A stretch of DNA of 64,000 bases from assembly GCF_033153115.1 (NCBI RefSeq), contig NW_026889763.1, positions 17,422,001 to 17,486,000 on the forward strand. The letters run 5' to 3'. Of the stretch, positions 25,103-38,317 are shown piece by piece. The notes beneath the pieces were generated by a model that was not told the DNA's origin, searched no databases, and saw nothing but the letters and a program-made list of their open reading frames with translations. A program made the position numbers and the translations under genes. Within the stretch, counting starts at the first letter, position 1; the number at the start of each line of letters is the position of its first letter. Source of the DNA: Saccostrea echinata. Taxonomy: Eukaryota.

Positions 25103-26657
25103 TAGGGATGTCTAATCGATCAAAGAATCTGGGGGGATAAGACGAGCCATGGGCCCATGCCCATTTTTCGGCTATGCAAGAACATTTATTGGAAAAAATC
25201 TCTCAATTGTTCGAATTTACTTAAGCATTTTAATGTTTACCGTAGTTTTCAAAATGATAGTTATATTCTAAACAAGCTAAACAGTTGACTCTCATTTACT
25301 GTCACAAATGTCTAACATGGGTAAGGACTTTTATCAATTAATCTGCATATTGAGTGTTAACACTTATTGTGGGGATATTATAAAAATGTTAACATCGTGT
25401 ATAATAATAATGGTGATCTAGAAGCGCTTTTATTTAAAATAAATAAAAACGGGAATAAAAGTATTCAAATATCTATTATAATTTTTATCCGGCATTTTAA
25501 ATAATTTACTGTAAATAAGTTCATTACTACATGTATATATTTTTTTTCCAGTGAAAAATATGTTATTCCTATAGACATTTTTTATAAAGTAAAACAAAAT
25601 TAAAACCAAAAAAAAAAAAAAAATTATAAAATCAAAAAATCAGAGCATGACTCGAACACTTTCCTCAATAGAGCTCCTCGCTAACCACTAGACCACGTAG
25701 TCACATTTACATGTCTATTTAAAGAGCATACAGTTCTCTATATTTAGCAAGCGTTTTTGGACTTAAAATTTTTTAAGACCACGGTGAAAATTTAAGTAAG
25801 TTAACTTAATTTTTTTATGTAGAGTGGGTCTTCATACCAAATTTTTGCAAGTGTAAAAAGCAACATCTTTCCATTGCCTTTCATTAATCGTTCTCAAAAA
25901 AATGGTACGATGACCCCTCTATTTAAAAAATGTAGTTATATCATCCAATTTATGTCAGTTTCTGTGAAAATTGAGCGTGATGCCATTTTGTTGTGTTAAT
26001 CAGAATCATTTTCGCTGTTACAGTATTCAGGTTTTGTCAAATTTGTATGCAAATGGTAATAAGCATTACATTCATTCAACAAAAAGTGAAATTTTTGTAA
26101 AATGAATTTAATGATTTTTTTATCGATCGTTATGTAGGCATATGGCTCGGCTTATCCCCCCAGTTTCTTTAGCAACCGGTTACTCGCCTGACTTTCCGAT
26201 CGAATACTCGGTCATTATTCAAGAAAAAAAAAAAGAAAATCTCCACGGTCATATATCTTTCTCATTGATAGAATGTACTTTAAGTACCTAAATGCCGACG
26301 ACTATTCGGCAATAGATGGAAAACTGAAAAGAAGCAAACGTTCTAACCACTGCGCCACACAAGCGAATGGGTCCTTGGTATAAACAAGGAAATTCACTGT
26401 CACTGACAGAAGTGCTGTTACTTTAATTGTAACAGTTGATAAAACATGTTAGAGTGTTAAATCTACGCTGGGTATGTGACATAACGGTACATGTACAATG
26501 ATCTCTGAAATAGGAATGGGCTTGACAAATAATGATAACAACGCAGAAGATTTGCTTGTTGTTTTTTTCATTTCTTTCCAAGTAATCGAATATACTGAGT
26601 TGAGTATTCGATATTAGAACCTACAGACGAGTACTCGGTTGCTCGTTGACAACCCTA
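25103..26657. mobile_element. Outer non-autonomous hAT-like element (TAGGG termini), host to a nested element
   Basis: tagggatgtc ... gacaacccta; no clear TSD. Confidence 0.45.
25122..26170. mobile_element. Nested ~1.05-kb non-autonomous DNA transposon with ~29-bp TIRs (Kolobok-like)
   Basis: aaagaatctggggggataagacgagccat / atggctcggcttatccccccagtttcttt. Confidence 0.75.
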
Positions 26658-27269
26658 CTTACACGTACCACAAAGAAAACCAGAATCTCCATTATCGGAG
26701 GTAAAATGAGGAAATAACATCAGTTTACTAAATGAAAGGGGGTAATTAACAACATGTATCAAAACAAACACTGATCGATAAAATTAAGATATGAATGATA
26801 AACATATATTTAATAAATACGTATTCTAGATTTATAGTATTACTTTTTACATTATCCAAAAAATTCCTTCATGCTACTCACCTACAAATATATAAATCAC
26901 TCATGGGAAAGTTTAATACGTAACATCGACATCACTATTTTTAAACTTTTGAGTTTTAATCAAGTATAAACGTTTTGTCCATTGTCGGTAATAGGGAAGT
27001 TTTAATTAATAAGCTAAAGTACTTCAGGTTCCTGTTCCAATTATGCTGTTAAAACATGGTAAAAAGGCAACAACATTAAAACAAGAGTTGGTGACGTGGC
27101 TGATTCCCCCCCCCCCCTTTCGGAGCAAAAATCACAGTATTCGTCTCTTAAAGTGTACCCTTTGAGATAAACTGGGAAGAGATTTGTCCTATACAAAGGC
27201 ATGATAAAACTTTAAATATGCACAAACATATTAGCATATACATTGCAAACACGAATAAACTACTAGAAA

Positions 27270-28139
27270 AACAAGATGTGCTTGTGAAACACTGATACCC
27301 CCGTATGGCAGCTTATGACGTTTCAAAAATGCAATTCAAACTCAAGGTCAAGAGATCACAAATGTTGTACCAAAGTAAGGACCTGTGTCAATGGATATAC
27401 CTGGTAAATATGAAAGCCAATGCAATATCCATTCAAAAGTTATGGTCAAGGTTAATATTTACTAAAAGTGGGTCAAACTCCAAGGTCAAGATCAAGGGTC
27501 AAAATCAATGGTATGCAGGTGAAGACCTCGTCATTAGAGATATACTTGCAAAATATTAATGCCCTAGCACCAACTGTTCAAAAGTTATGGCCAAGGTTAG
27601 AGTTTTTCTAAAGCAGGCCAAACTCCAAGGTCAAAGGGTCAAAATTGTTGGTATTCCAAGGAAGGTCGTTTCACAAGAAATATATCTGTGAAATTAGAAA
27701 ATCCTAGTACTAACTGTTCAAAAATTATGGCCAAGGTTAAAGTTTTTTAAAAGGGAGTCAAACTCTAAGGTCAAGGTCAAAAGGTAAAAAATATTTACAC
27801 CCATGGAAAGGTCTTGTCACACTGAATACACTTGTGAAATATGTGAGCCAAAGCACCAAATATTCAAAAGTTATGGCCAAGGTTAAAGTTGGATAAATGT
27901 TTGTAAAAGTGTTAAACTCCAAGGTCAAGGTCAGGAAGTCAATATAATATGGTGAAACCAAAAGGAAGGCCTTGTCACAAGGAATACACATGTGAAATAT
28001 GAAAGCCATTGCTCCAACCAATCAAAAGTTATGGGCAATGTTAAAGTTTTTGCGGACAAACAGAAAAAAAACCCAAACAGACAGGCGGATAGGGCAAAAA
28101 CTATACACCCCCGAATCTTGGATTAAGGAGGTATAAAAA
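27270..28139 (+). mobile_element. HINE/Helentron-associated element with internal ~155-bp tandem repeats
   Basis: AACAAGA start; repeated aaaagttatggccaaggtt...caaactccaaggtcaagg; acag microsatellite and terminal ccccc...gtataaaaa. Confidence 0.75.
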
Positions 28140-28214
28140 TGAAAATTGTTTAAATATAATTTACGTGAAGTTCAAAATAGTTTATATAATAATATATATG
28201 ATAATATACATAGC

Positions 28215-30048
28215 AACAAGAGGCCCAAGAACTTTAACGGTCACCTGAGTATAATACGCCATGTCAATTATTGTAGATGAATAATCAAAGGGAAATAACT
28301 TCTCTCAAAGTATAATGAAAATTTCCCTACACCTTCAAAAGAGCCCTGCCTTAACATCAGAATCCCTAACCCAGTGATCATAATTTCACAAAACACCTTT
28401 GGTACTTAAAACTAGTGGTACACAAGCGAGCTCACCAAATAACACCCCTAATGCAATTTGCAATTTTGTAAATGTGATCTTGAATTTGCTGAGATTGCCT
28501 TGGTAAAAAATATCCTCTTGTCATAGGTAATTTTTTGAGTGAAATATAGACATCAATGTTTCTCCATTAGGAAACTATAGACCTGTCATGAATTTCACGG
28601 TTTTTCTGCCAGTGACCCTGAAGTGTTCGTAATGACCTTGAGTGAAGGCCATGGCACATTCTTATGTCATAAACAATCTTTGTATTAAGTTTGAGCTTCC
28701 AATGATTCTCCATTAAAAAAATTTAGACTGGGCAATAATTTTATACTTTTTTCAGTGACCTTGAACATGCCGGAATGACATTGGGTCGAGGTCAATCCAA
28801 ACCCGCAGGTCATAGACAAATCTTTGTACCATTTCTTAGCTTCCAATATTATGATTCTCCATTACATAGTTATAGCCCGTACAATGTTTTTATACTTTTT
28901 TCTGCCAGTGACTTTGAACATTCCGGAATGAGCTTGGATAAATGTCAGGACAAAACTTCAGGTCATACACAATCTTTGTCCTAATAATGAGCTTTCAATG
29001 ATTTCCCATTACAAAGTTATGGCCAGGACAAGACTGCATGGACAGGCGGTCTGCTAGACAGACAGAAATATGGACAAGGTGATTCCTGTATACCCCTCCC
29101 CCCCACACAAACTTCGTTTGTGGCGGTATAGCTATGTACCTGATTAGCCAACTATTTTTTTCTTTGAGATATGCATTTTCACAATATCATAAATAGAGCC
29201 CTGCCCTAACAAAAAATCCATTTCCCAGGGGTCATTTTCATTTAGGTAAAGGCATCCTTGCTCAACATAACCAAACACTTAGTTTGTCTACTAAATATGC
29301 AGAAGCCGAGAAAAAGATTTTTAAAGAATTGATGCATTTTCATTACATGATCAATAGAGCCCCGCCCTAGCATCAGAACCCATGACCTCGGGGCCATGAA
29401 ATTCATAATTCAAGTAGAGGCACTCATGCTCATAATATCCATCCACTTCATCTGTCTTATTATTCAGGGGGACAGAAGAAGAATTTTGTAAAGAATTAAT
29501 GCATTTTCATTACATCGTCAACCAGACACCAGAACCCCTGACACCATGGGGCCTTGAATTTCACAATTAAGGTAGAGGCACCTTTGCTCATCATGAAAAT
29601 ACACTTGGTTTGTCTACAAAATACTCAGGAGCAGAGAAGATTTTCAAAGAATTAATGCATTTTCAATATATGATCAGTAGACCCCCGCCCTATCACCGGA
29701 ACCCCTGATCCAGGGTCCATGGTTTTCACACTTTTTGGCGGAGGGCACGATGCTCATTATAATCATGATGCCAATTAGTCTGCTTAATTTCCAGGAGTAA
29801 GGAAGAAGATTTTTGAAGATTGCATTAATTTGGATGGTTTTAGCCCCGTCCTTCAGGCCTCAGGGGAGCAGTGACCATGAAATTCGCAGTTTTTGCACCC
29901 CCCCCCCGTTTGCCCAAAGATGCTACATACTAAAATTTGAAATTGGTTCAGCGGTTTCAGAGATTAAACAATGTTAACAAACGTCTGTCGACGTACGATG
30001 GCGGACAAAAACAGATAGCAATGGGTCACCTGACCCGGATGACCCTAA
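28215..30048 (+). mobile_element. HINE-like element with ~150-bp internal repeats and a second element nested at ~28410-29130
   Basis: aacaagaggccc...ggtcacctgagt start; ggtcacctga...gaccctaa end; repeated aagatttt-aaagaattaatgcattttca. Confidence 0.7.
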
Positions 30049-32132
30049 TTTTTTTAAATAGAGAGGATTAGATCAACATCTCATATCAATAGGACACGTT
30101 ATGCTATATTAACTTTTGTACCGAGACCTTATCCGCAAATATAACGATTTCATTCACACACCACATTTTTTAAACTTAGAAGTCAGAATATTCTTGTACT
30201 AGTTAAGTTTATACTGTCGAGTAGCTTAGAAATATGAAGCCTGCATGTAGAGTTATTACAGCTGGAATTTAATTCGAGGAAGGAAATCATAAAGAACGTT
30301 CTACACCTCTCATCCGTACCACATAAAAACTCCTTCTGACTTTTATCTTTGTTTAATTCTTCTTGTTAAACGCGATAGCTTCTCATCCCGGAGGACGATA
30401 TAGATACTAGAGGGTATTAATGCGAGTTAACTCGGAGGATACATGTCATATACCAGGTGATACATATATCTTTAAACAAGGAGCTTTATACGTTGGGTTC
30501 AATCTGGTTTTCAAAAATCTCAAAAGATAGTTTTAAGTTCGATCCGTAAGTGAGGACACTTTAATCAAACAAGGAAATTCATTAATTAACATGTTACTGT
30601 TTTCATAATAAAAATTAGAAATGCTTCGAATTTTGTTGAGCAAATTTAAAAAAAGAAAGGAGAAATTGTTCACACAGCTATTAAAAATACATATAAAAAT
30701 ACATATGAACATGGCAAATCAAGCGAATTTTAATTATTTCTGTGTGAAAAAAACAATGTAAATAGAAATAAAACACCACTTATAAGACAGCGAACGAACG
30801 AACAAAAAATAATAAAAATAATAGAAACAAAAATGGTAAAAAAAAACAAAAACAAAAACAACTGATACAAATCTAAAACCAACTTAAGGACATACGCAAC
30901 GTACCTTACCTACTGATAATTTTTCGAGATATTCTTAATTTAAGATTATAGTGCCATCAGATGTTTGTAGACAAAAAATCAGCATGGGTTACCAGGGGTT
31001 TTGAAAAGATATCAATTGATGGAAATTCTTGTATAATTCAAAGAAAAATATACAAAAATTACTAAACATATATTCTAGATATTTTGTTTATCCAAACTTG
31101 TTTTAGAAGAAGTGTACAATATCATATATAGACATTAAAATGTAGCACACAGTTCCTTTAAGTATTGGAACTCTTCAACTCCAGGGAAAAAGACAATAAA
31201 GTTCAAACTACGTTGCGTATGTCCTTAAACCGGAATAATTCTGCAAAGGTGTTTCTACATAAATATCAACCCTCAAACTTTATTACTGTAAACGTATGTG
31301 TCAATCAAAAATTAACTAAGCGCAATCGCTCTTTTCAACTGACTAGCGCAATCATAAATAAGCGCACTTGAGGTTTAACAATTTTACGGCATGTATTAGT
31401 TATAACCATACTTTAGCTTTATATGGAAGCGGTGCCAAAATAGGATTACCGCTAAAATCGAAACGTTTTCAGTGTTTGATTTTTTTTAGCCGATGTATAC
31501 ATCACAGTATAACAAAACAAGGGATACAGTGTACCTGCATGATTTGGGACAACTGACAATTGCTTACATAGCCTTTAAACGCGCCTTTTGTGCAAGCTGT
31601 CTTTAAAAAGCGTACGTTTAGTAACATATAGCTGCTTAGCTTAAAAACATTTTAGCTTTACTGTATGTGTACTTTAAAAAGCAGACTTTATATTTTAGCG
31701 GCTTTGGCGCAAACAACAATGCACTAATTCATGAATACCGTTAATAAATCATTTATGAATACAATACACTGCGCAGTCGCGCCAACCGCTCAATTCCAAG
31801 TGATTGCGCTAAATTCTGAATACGCCAATTTATTTACACGTATAGTATCTCAGGCTTTCCCTCCTTGAATCAAATCATAATGTTTTTTCAATGATTCCCA
31901 AAAATGTTTCATTGGAAGTCTTCAAGACATTTTTTAAAGGTAACTTAATTTTTTTTTCAAATTTAAATTGATAGGACTTTACAACTTGTCAGATTGTGTT
32001 TGCAGTTTTCTTGTATTATCATTCTAATTAGAACAAATTATACAACTATGATTATTCAACAACAAACAAGAGTTAAGAAAGATAGATTTAACAAATTCTT
32101 TTCATCTTAACATTCTTTGTTTGAATAGTACA

Positions 32133-32918
32133 TTAAAGGTGCTTAGACACAGATTTGAAGTTAATATTTTCTCAAATTTTCTGTATAATATTTCGACTTA
32201 TATATTGCAATAGCATTTCACACGAAAATGTAATTAAAAACTTATTTTATCTGGAAATTATTTGAACTACGAATTCCTGGACGCGTTTGATTAACACATC
32301 CTTGCACTTTCACAAATTTTATCTTTATCCTTAATATTTAAGAAAAGAAGCGATTTTGTTGTGTATTAATGAAAAACATTACATCTATAATCCAGAAAAT
32401 TCAGAGTAGAAATGTGCGAAAGCAAACCCCCTCACTAATATCGTCAGCCCGTGCTCAGTGTTGTGTACAGAGTTTAACAAATTGAATACACCCGTGAAAC
32501 GTAAACTGTTTTTGTAAACAGGGCACGAGCTCTGTTATTGTTAAGTTTACGATTCACCAGGTGTGTTCAATTGTTAAAGTCTGCACACACCACTGAGCAG
32601 GGACTGACAATACTGTGAGTGGGGTTTGCTTTCGAACATTTCTACTCTGAATTTTCTGGATTATAGTTTTAATATTTTTCATTAATACACAACAAAATTG
32701 CCACTTTTCTTAAGTATTAAGAATAAAATTAAAATTTGTGAAAGTGCAAGGATGTGTCAATCAAACGCGTCCAGAAATTTGAAGTTTCAATAACTTCGAG
32801 ATGAAATAAGATTTTTATTATATTTTAGTATGAAATGCTATAGCAACATATAAGTCATGAAATTATACAGAAAATTTGAGAAAATATTAACATCAAATCT
32901 GTGTCCAAGCACCTTTAA
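32133..32918. mobile_element. 786-bp fold-back (palindromic) MITE, TTAA-flanked with AGG...CCT termini (Kolobok-like)
   Basis: Arms ~32133-32505 and ~32545-32918 are reverse complements along their whole length, e.g. ttaaaggtgcttagacacagatttga / tcaaatctgtgtccaagcacctttaa. Confidence 0.92.
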
Positions 32919-32930
32919 GTATTTTAGATG

Positions 32931-35501
32931 TTACTCCATGATAGTATCAACAAGCTTCTGCCAGAACGCGGAATGATCTGTCTCGTTCTGGGGATAGAGT
33001 GCGTAGGAATTCTTCTCAATGAACGGCATCACTAACAAAGATTGCTGAATTCCTCCGAGATCCTCAAAAGAGGGTCCTTTAAGAAGGACGAAGATGATGC
33101 AGTCTTCATCTTGTCTGTAAACTCTATCCTCCAGAGCCATCTGTAGCTGATACATACACCAGGAATCCCTCAGGAAATCACCTGTCACTATACAGAGGAT
33201 CTTTTTGCTGTTGTGAATAGCGTAAGTTACACTGGCATATGTTTTCAAATTTGGACTAAAATCTCGATTTGGTAGACAAAGTTTCAACCCCCCTATTTCT
33301 TCTAAATGATGAACCAAATCCCGTTCGACGAAGGAATCTTTTTCAGTATAAGCCACAAAAGCTGAATATTTGTAATCTCTTTTATATTGATTTGTAGGGT
33401 TGACAATATCTTGAATTTTCCACTTCGTGAGATAGTAGAAGTAACGGACCGTCCACCGAAATTTGAATAGCGTACCCACAATTCCAACTGTTAAGATGGC
33501 GACTACAAAAACTGTTATACCAATTGTTCTTGGGATATTAGAACGACACTCCTGTTTGAGATCCTTTAATATATTATCTAGCTCATTAAAATTCCGTACT
33601 CTGGAGTGAGATGTTTTACATTTGTACTGGTATTTCTTGATAAAATGGATTTTCGAATCCTTAATCCATTGTAAAAAGTTTAGTGCTTCACATGTGCAAT
33701 CGAACAAATTTCCTAAAAGAGAAACATTTAAGTTATTACGTTCATGAATGCTTTGCAAATGCTGCATTGTTTCACGAGACAGTATATGCAATCGATTTGC
33801 TGCTAAGTCGAGATATTTTAACGGAGTACTGTCGTTTAATGTGATAGTGAAATTTGTAATAAGATTATGACTCAAATCAATTCTCTGAAGAGACCAAGCA
33901 CTTGCGAGGAAATTCGATGGTAAGGATGCAATTTCATTGTAGGACAACTTAATTTCTTTTAGCTTTTTTAGTGCTTGAAAGTGGTCAAACCCAACATTTT
34001 CATGGATGCAGCTCCCTAATATATTTTTCGATAAGTCCAAGTAAGTAATGTTCGGAAATGTTTCAAAGAAAAATTGAGATATATTGTGCATAAGGTTTCC
34101 GGAGAAATCTAAATATTCTGCATATTCCATACCATACATTGGTCCGGTCAAACTATTGAAAATACTGTTCTGTAGATGATACTCTTTGCAATGATTGTTC
34201 CGCAAATGGATTTTACGTATGGTAAATATAAAATTTGTGTCATGAAAAAAAAGTTTTTCAAGACTAGGTGGTACATTAAAAGTTATATTACGGTTTGACG
34301 AACCCAAAACTGACTGAGAGGGGAATGGGGTACTAATATCACTCCAGAGACCACTTTGAATGTCCAAATTTCTGTCATTTATATAAGTACAATCAATAGA
34401 ATTTTCACAAATCCACCAAGGAAGATTCTCGGATTTGTCCGAATTTTGCTTACTGAAATCTGCAACTTTAAGATGTGTGAGGAATTGATATGTTAGCATG
34501 TACATTCCCCATGTAAGGTGATTGTCGGAGATATTCAGGAAGGTCATGTTCGGAGGAAAATACTTGGGAACATCTGTGTCCATCATCTCCATACGATTAC
34601 TTGATAAGTCAAGATGTTTGATTGATGTGTTTTGAAAGTGAAAAATCTGCTTAACGGATAGGTACGTTCCAAGCCCAAACCTGCAGTGTATTTTCTTAGC
34701 GTGTAAGTTTTGAACATTTGTAAATTGTAGATCGTATGATACATTTTCTAGTACAGCAAATGTCATGAATTCATTGTTTGACAGATCAAGGGTGTGTAGC
34801 CAATGAAGAGAACTAAACACACCCCTGTCTATTGTACGAATCGGACATCCGGTTACAACTAAATATTTTAAGTTTGGTAAACCTCCAAAGAAACCTTCTT
34901 CAAGTTTTTCGAAATAACATTTTCCTATTTTCCCTGAGACGGAGAGTCTTGTCAAACTGGTTAAGTTCCATTCTCTTTGCTTAAAATCTCCCTGTAAAAG
35001 ACCATCTATCTTTAAAGACTCTAGTTTCTCCAGGTTTTTAAATGATTGGAAAGGATATGATACATTACTTTTGGAGTAAGTATTGCTTAGAATATTCAGA
35101 CTTCTCAGGTTTGACAAGTTATTAATAAATGACAGTTTTGGTGAATCGTCCCACCACAAGTTATTCTCAGCTAAATTCAGATCTTCCATGTAGGTGAGAT
35201 TCTGGAAAACGGTGGCGGATATTGATGTCAGATTATTTTTGTATATATTCAATTCCTTAAGAAGCAAAGGCAATGGGGGAGTAATACCAACTTCCTCTAA
35301 ATTGTTGTGGCTTAGGTCTATTTTTGAAACATTCATCTGAAATATTGGCATGGAATTTAAATTTCTTTTGGAGCAGTCTGCAGCCCACGTTCCATCTCCA
35401 ATATCGGTACAATAACAATCAACAGAGGAACAGTTGTTGGAAGCTGAGGTGCTAACGACTGTCAGCAATAAAACACAAGCAATGAAAAATGGAAATCCCA
35501 T
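32931..35501 (-). CDS. TLR: Toll-like receptor B (856 aa, single coding exon)
   Basis: Signal peptide, LRRNT (CYC...ADCSKRNL), LRRs, LRRCT (GNLFDCTC), TM helix, TIR (YSAFVAY, LCLPNRDFSPN, WCMYQL, FW); possible 5'UTR intron 35546-35670. Confidence 0.97.
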   Translation of the reverse strand: MGFPFFIACVLLLTVVSTSASNNCSSVDCYCTDIGDGTWAADCSKRNLNSMPIFQMNVSKIDLSHNNLEEVGITPPLPLLLKELNIYKNNLTSISATVFQNLTYMEDLNLAENNLWWDDSPKLSFINNLSNLRSLNILSNTYSKSNVSYPFQSFKNLEKLESLKIDGLLQGDFKQREWNLTSLTRLSVSGKIGKCYFEKLEEGFFGGLPNLKYLVVTGCPIRTIDRGVFSSLHWLHTLDLSNNEFMTFAVLENVSYDLQFTNVQNLHAKKIHCRFGLGTYLSVKQIFHFQNTSIKHLDLSSNRMEMMDTDVPKYFPPNMTFLNISDNHLTWGMYMLTYQFLTHLKVADFSKQNSDKSENLPWWICENSIDCTYINDRNLDIQSGLWSDISTPFPSQSVLGSSNRNITFNVPPSLEKLFFHDTNFIFTIRKIHLRNNHCKEYHLQNSIFNSLTGPMYGMEYAEYLDFSGNLMHNISQFFFETFPNITYLDLSKNILGSCIHENVGFDHFQALKKLKEIKLSYNEIASLPSNFLASAWSLQRIDLSHNLITNFTITLNDSTPLKYLDLAANRLHILSRETMQHLQSIHERNNLNVSLLGNLFDCTCEALNFLQWIKDSKIHFIKKYQYKCKTSHSRVRNFNELDNILKDLKQECRSNIPRTIGITVFVVAILTVGIVGTLFKFRWTVRYFYYLTKWKIQDIVNPTNQYKRDYKYSAFVAYTEKDSFVERDLVHHLEEIGGLKLCLPNRDFSPNLKTYASVTYAIHNSKKILCIVTGDFLRDSWCMYQLQMALEDRVYRQDEDCIIFVLLKGPSFEDLGGIQQSLLVMPFIEKNSYALYPQNETDHSAFWQKLVDTIME

Positions 35502-36235
35502 TCTTCGTTAACAATATGAATATTTTTCCTCAGAGGAACTTACACCTGTCGATGAAGATGGAATACTTTACCAAGATAAGCAGATTCTATAAATGAAGAT
35601 AAAGGGTTATATTTTAGAATGCTATATCAGATGCCAGAATCAAAATGAACAATTTTAACTAAATATTTACCTCAGTAATATCCCAGGGTAAGGTGATATT
35701 TCCGATTGAAATACTAGTGTTATCCAAATATCAGATTATGGTTGCAGAGAAGGAAGTTTCTCCAATTCATTTAAAACGGCATGAAAAGGAAACTACTCAA
35801 CCTCAACGAAAAAAAAACACAAAGCCGTAACTTAAACAAATTAACATGTTTCTATTCCGAGTATGGTTAGGTAAGCATTTGAAAAACCCATGAAAAATTT
35901 GATATACAATTAAGATTTATTTCCTTGCAAAGGCATATAAAAGAACACAGTGAATAAAGTTAATTTTCTTTTATTGCTAAAAATAGAAACAATGATACAT
36001 TTCCGGAAGTTGTTTGGAATCTAATTACGAATACTTGCACCATTGCTCACAATGAAAGAGTGATGCATGGCACTCAACACACACTTATTTTAACAACATG
36101 CATAAATTTATAAACCATTCTTTTAACTAGCAGGTTTAGGGTAAAAGAATTTTTTTTTAAATTCTTCCGGAAATACAAAAATTATTTTCCAGATCTCTTT
36201 CTCTCTTTCGCTTCTCCACAAGATGTCAAAATTTA

Positions 36236-36278
<43 letters not shown>

Positions 36279-36874
36279 ATTTTCAACCTCATTTGAAAAT
36301 GTATTTGATTGCAGCCTATGTGTTGACAGCTAATATGAAAGCTATAATAGAGTATTAAAATTAGTGTTTCAGGCCAGAAAAAATAATAACTTTTTATTAT
36401 GTAGCTCTTGAAGCAATTCTTAACTATTCAACAGAAAAATTGTTTATTTTACCAATAAAGGGGATACGTCGATAAAATTAAATATTACGTTGCACCTTCC
36501 TTGAAAGACAAATGTTAAGGTATAAAAATAAGTTCAGTAAAATTATTTGATGTAAGTATTTGAATCATCTTTGTTGGGTTAATGCAGATAAAACAATATT
36601 AATAATAAGAATGAAATTATAGTCATTTTGTGAACGATGATGTTTTGAATTTCCAATTATGAAATCATTTAGTATTTTGTAATCAAAATGAAATCATTTT
36701 CTTCTATGGCGGGACTTGACGGACGTGTTTGAAGTCAAAATCGGTGAGTGATATTTGAGATGGAAGGAATTTCTTTGTAGCCGATTCCTTGCTTATCAAT
36801 TGATTGCAAATTAAAAAAAATGTTTAAACTTTCCAGATCTACGCATTATTACAAAGAATATTGTTAGTTACTAG

Positions 36875-37190
36875 TCGCAGTAGCCTAGTGGAAGAAAGGG
36901 CGCTTCGTGACAGGTCGGTACCGGGTTCGATTCTCATTATGGGCGTCGCCTCAAACGTAAGACGTGAACTTTTTTAGTGACTGTTTCTTCGCCAAGCGCT
37001 CGGTACTAGAGGTCTTTCGGATAAAAGCTAAAAAAATCGAGGTCCCGTGTCATGGTGGGCGTTGGCACGATAAAGTACCTATACTCCTAAATGACCCTGA
37101 GTGCCAAGTATAGCCCTTCACCGCTATATGGCGACTTTCCATATAAGTGAAAAAATCTCGCAATGGACATAAAACAATCAAACAAACAAT
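36875..37190 (+). mobile_element. tRNA-derived SINE (probably Meta-domain type)
   Basis: A box tagcctagtgg, B box ggttcgattc, central cccgtgtc...ggcacgataaag, (aaac)n tail. Confidence 0.8.
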
Positions 37191-37467
37191 ACTCTAAAGG
37201 CATATTTTGTAAATGGACATCCATAAAGTCTAACAAATATTTGACATGATAAGGAGTTTGTTAATTTATGACTTCTATATGTTTGTTTTCCTCATATCAC
37301 GATTATCTGAATTCTAATAACAGAGGGACATCTTTTTGTTGGTATGTCCATCTGTTTTCAACTGTAACAGCAAATAACCGTAAACTTGTGTGTAACAGTC
37401 AGGATCGAAGTCATATGAACAAGGTCAGGGCGATTGTAAAGTTCATAATCTTTAACTTTATTGTATA

Positions 37468-38317
37468 AACATAGGTAATCAGAGATTACAGAGCTCACCT
37501 CAACGAATGTTGTCTTTAAGTAAGGCAAAGTCCCACACTAAACTAATAATCTAGTAGTGTGCATCCCTAGATGCAACACTTTATTGTATAAACATAGGTA
37601 ATCAGAGATTACAGAGCTCACCTCAACGAATGTTGTCTTTAAGTAAGGCAAAATCCCACACTAAACTAATAATCTAGTAGTGTGCATCCCTAGATGCAAC
37701 ATTTATGCAATTTTGGTCTGATAGGGCTTGCACATACTTGGGAATGGACTTATCTAAAAAACTTTAAACTAGTCACTCATCCAGAAAATGTAAGTCAAAT
37801 CCAGCGTTTGAGAGCGTTCGTCCCTTGATGCATCATCCATGCAAGTTTGGTTCAGATAGGCCATATAGTTACTTGGAAATGAGATATGCTCCAAAAACAT
37901 TAACCTGGTCACTCATCCGGTAAATGTAGGTCAAATCAAGCATCCGAAGCAAGTCCAGTAGTGTGTATCCTTAGATGTATCATCCATGCATGTTTGGTCA
38001 ATATAGGGTTTATAGTTACTTGGAAATGACTTCTGCTCCAAACACTTTAACCTGGTCACTCATCCGGAAAATGTAGGTCAGATCCAGCATTCGAAGCAAG
38101 TCTAGTAGTGTGCATCCTTAGATGCATCATCCATGCAAGTTTGGTCAATATAGGACCTATAGTCACTTGGAAATGAGACCTGCTCCAAAAACTTTAACCT
38201 GCTCCAAAAACATTAACCTGGTCATTCTTTAGCTGAAATTGCAGCATCTGAAACCTGGGACGCCGACGCCGAGGGTATTACATAAGCTCCCCCAACTTCG
38301 TAGAGGTGAGCTAAAAA
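37468..38317 (+). mobile_element. HINE-like element with ~145-bp internal repeats; 123-bp direct duplication at its 5' junction (37456-37701)
   Basis: agagctcacct ... aggtgagctaaaa subterminal inverted motif; repeated gatgcatcatccatgcaagtttgg. Confidence 0.75.

Noticed and set aside
36241-36276. 36-nt poly(A) run as a retrocopy tail
   Set aside because: No recognisable upstream body or TSD.
36875-36950. tRNA-like sequences here and at 40130, 41320-41397, 42380-42460 and 56225-56290
   Set aside because: A/B boxes are present but the cloverleaves are incomplete and most continue into SINE bodies, so they are not called as tRNA genes.
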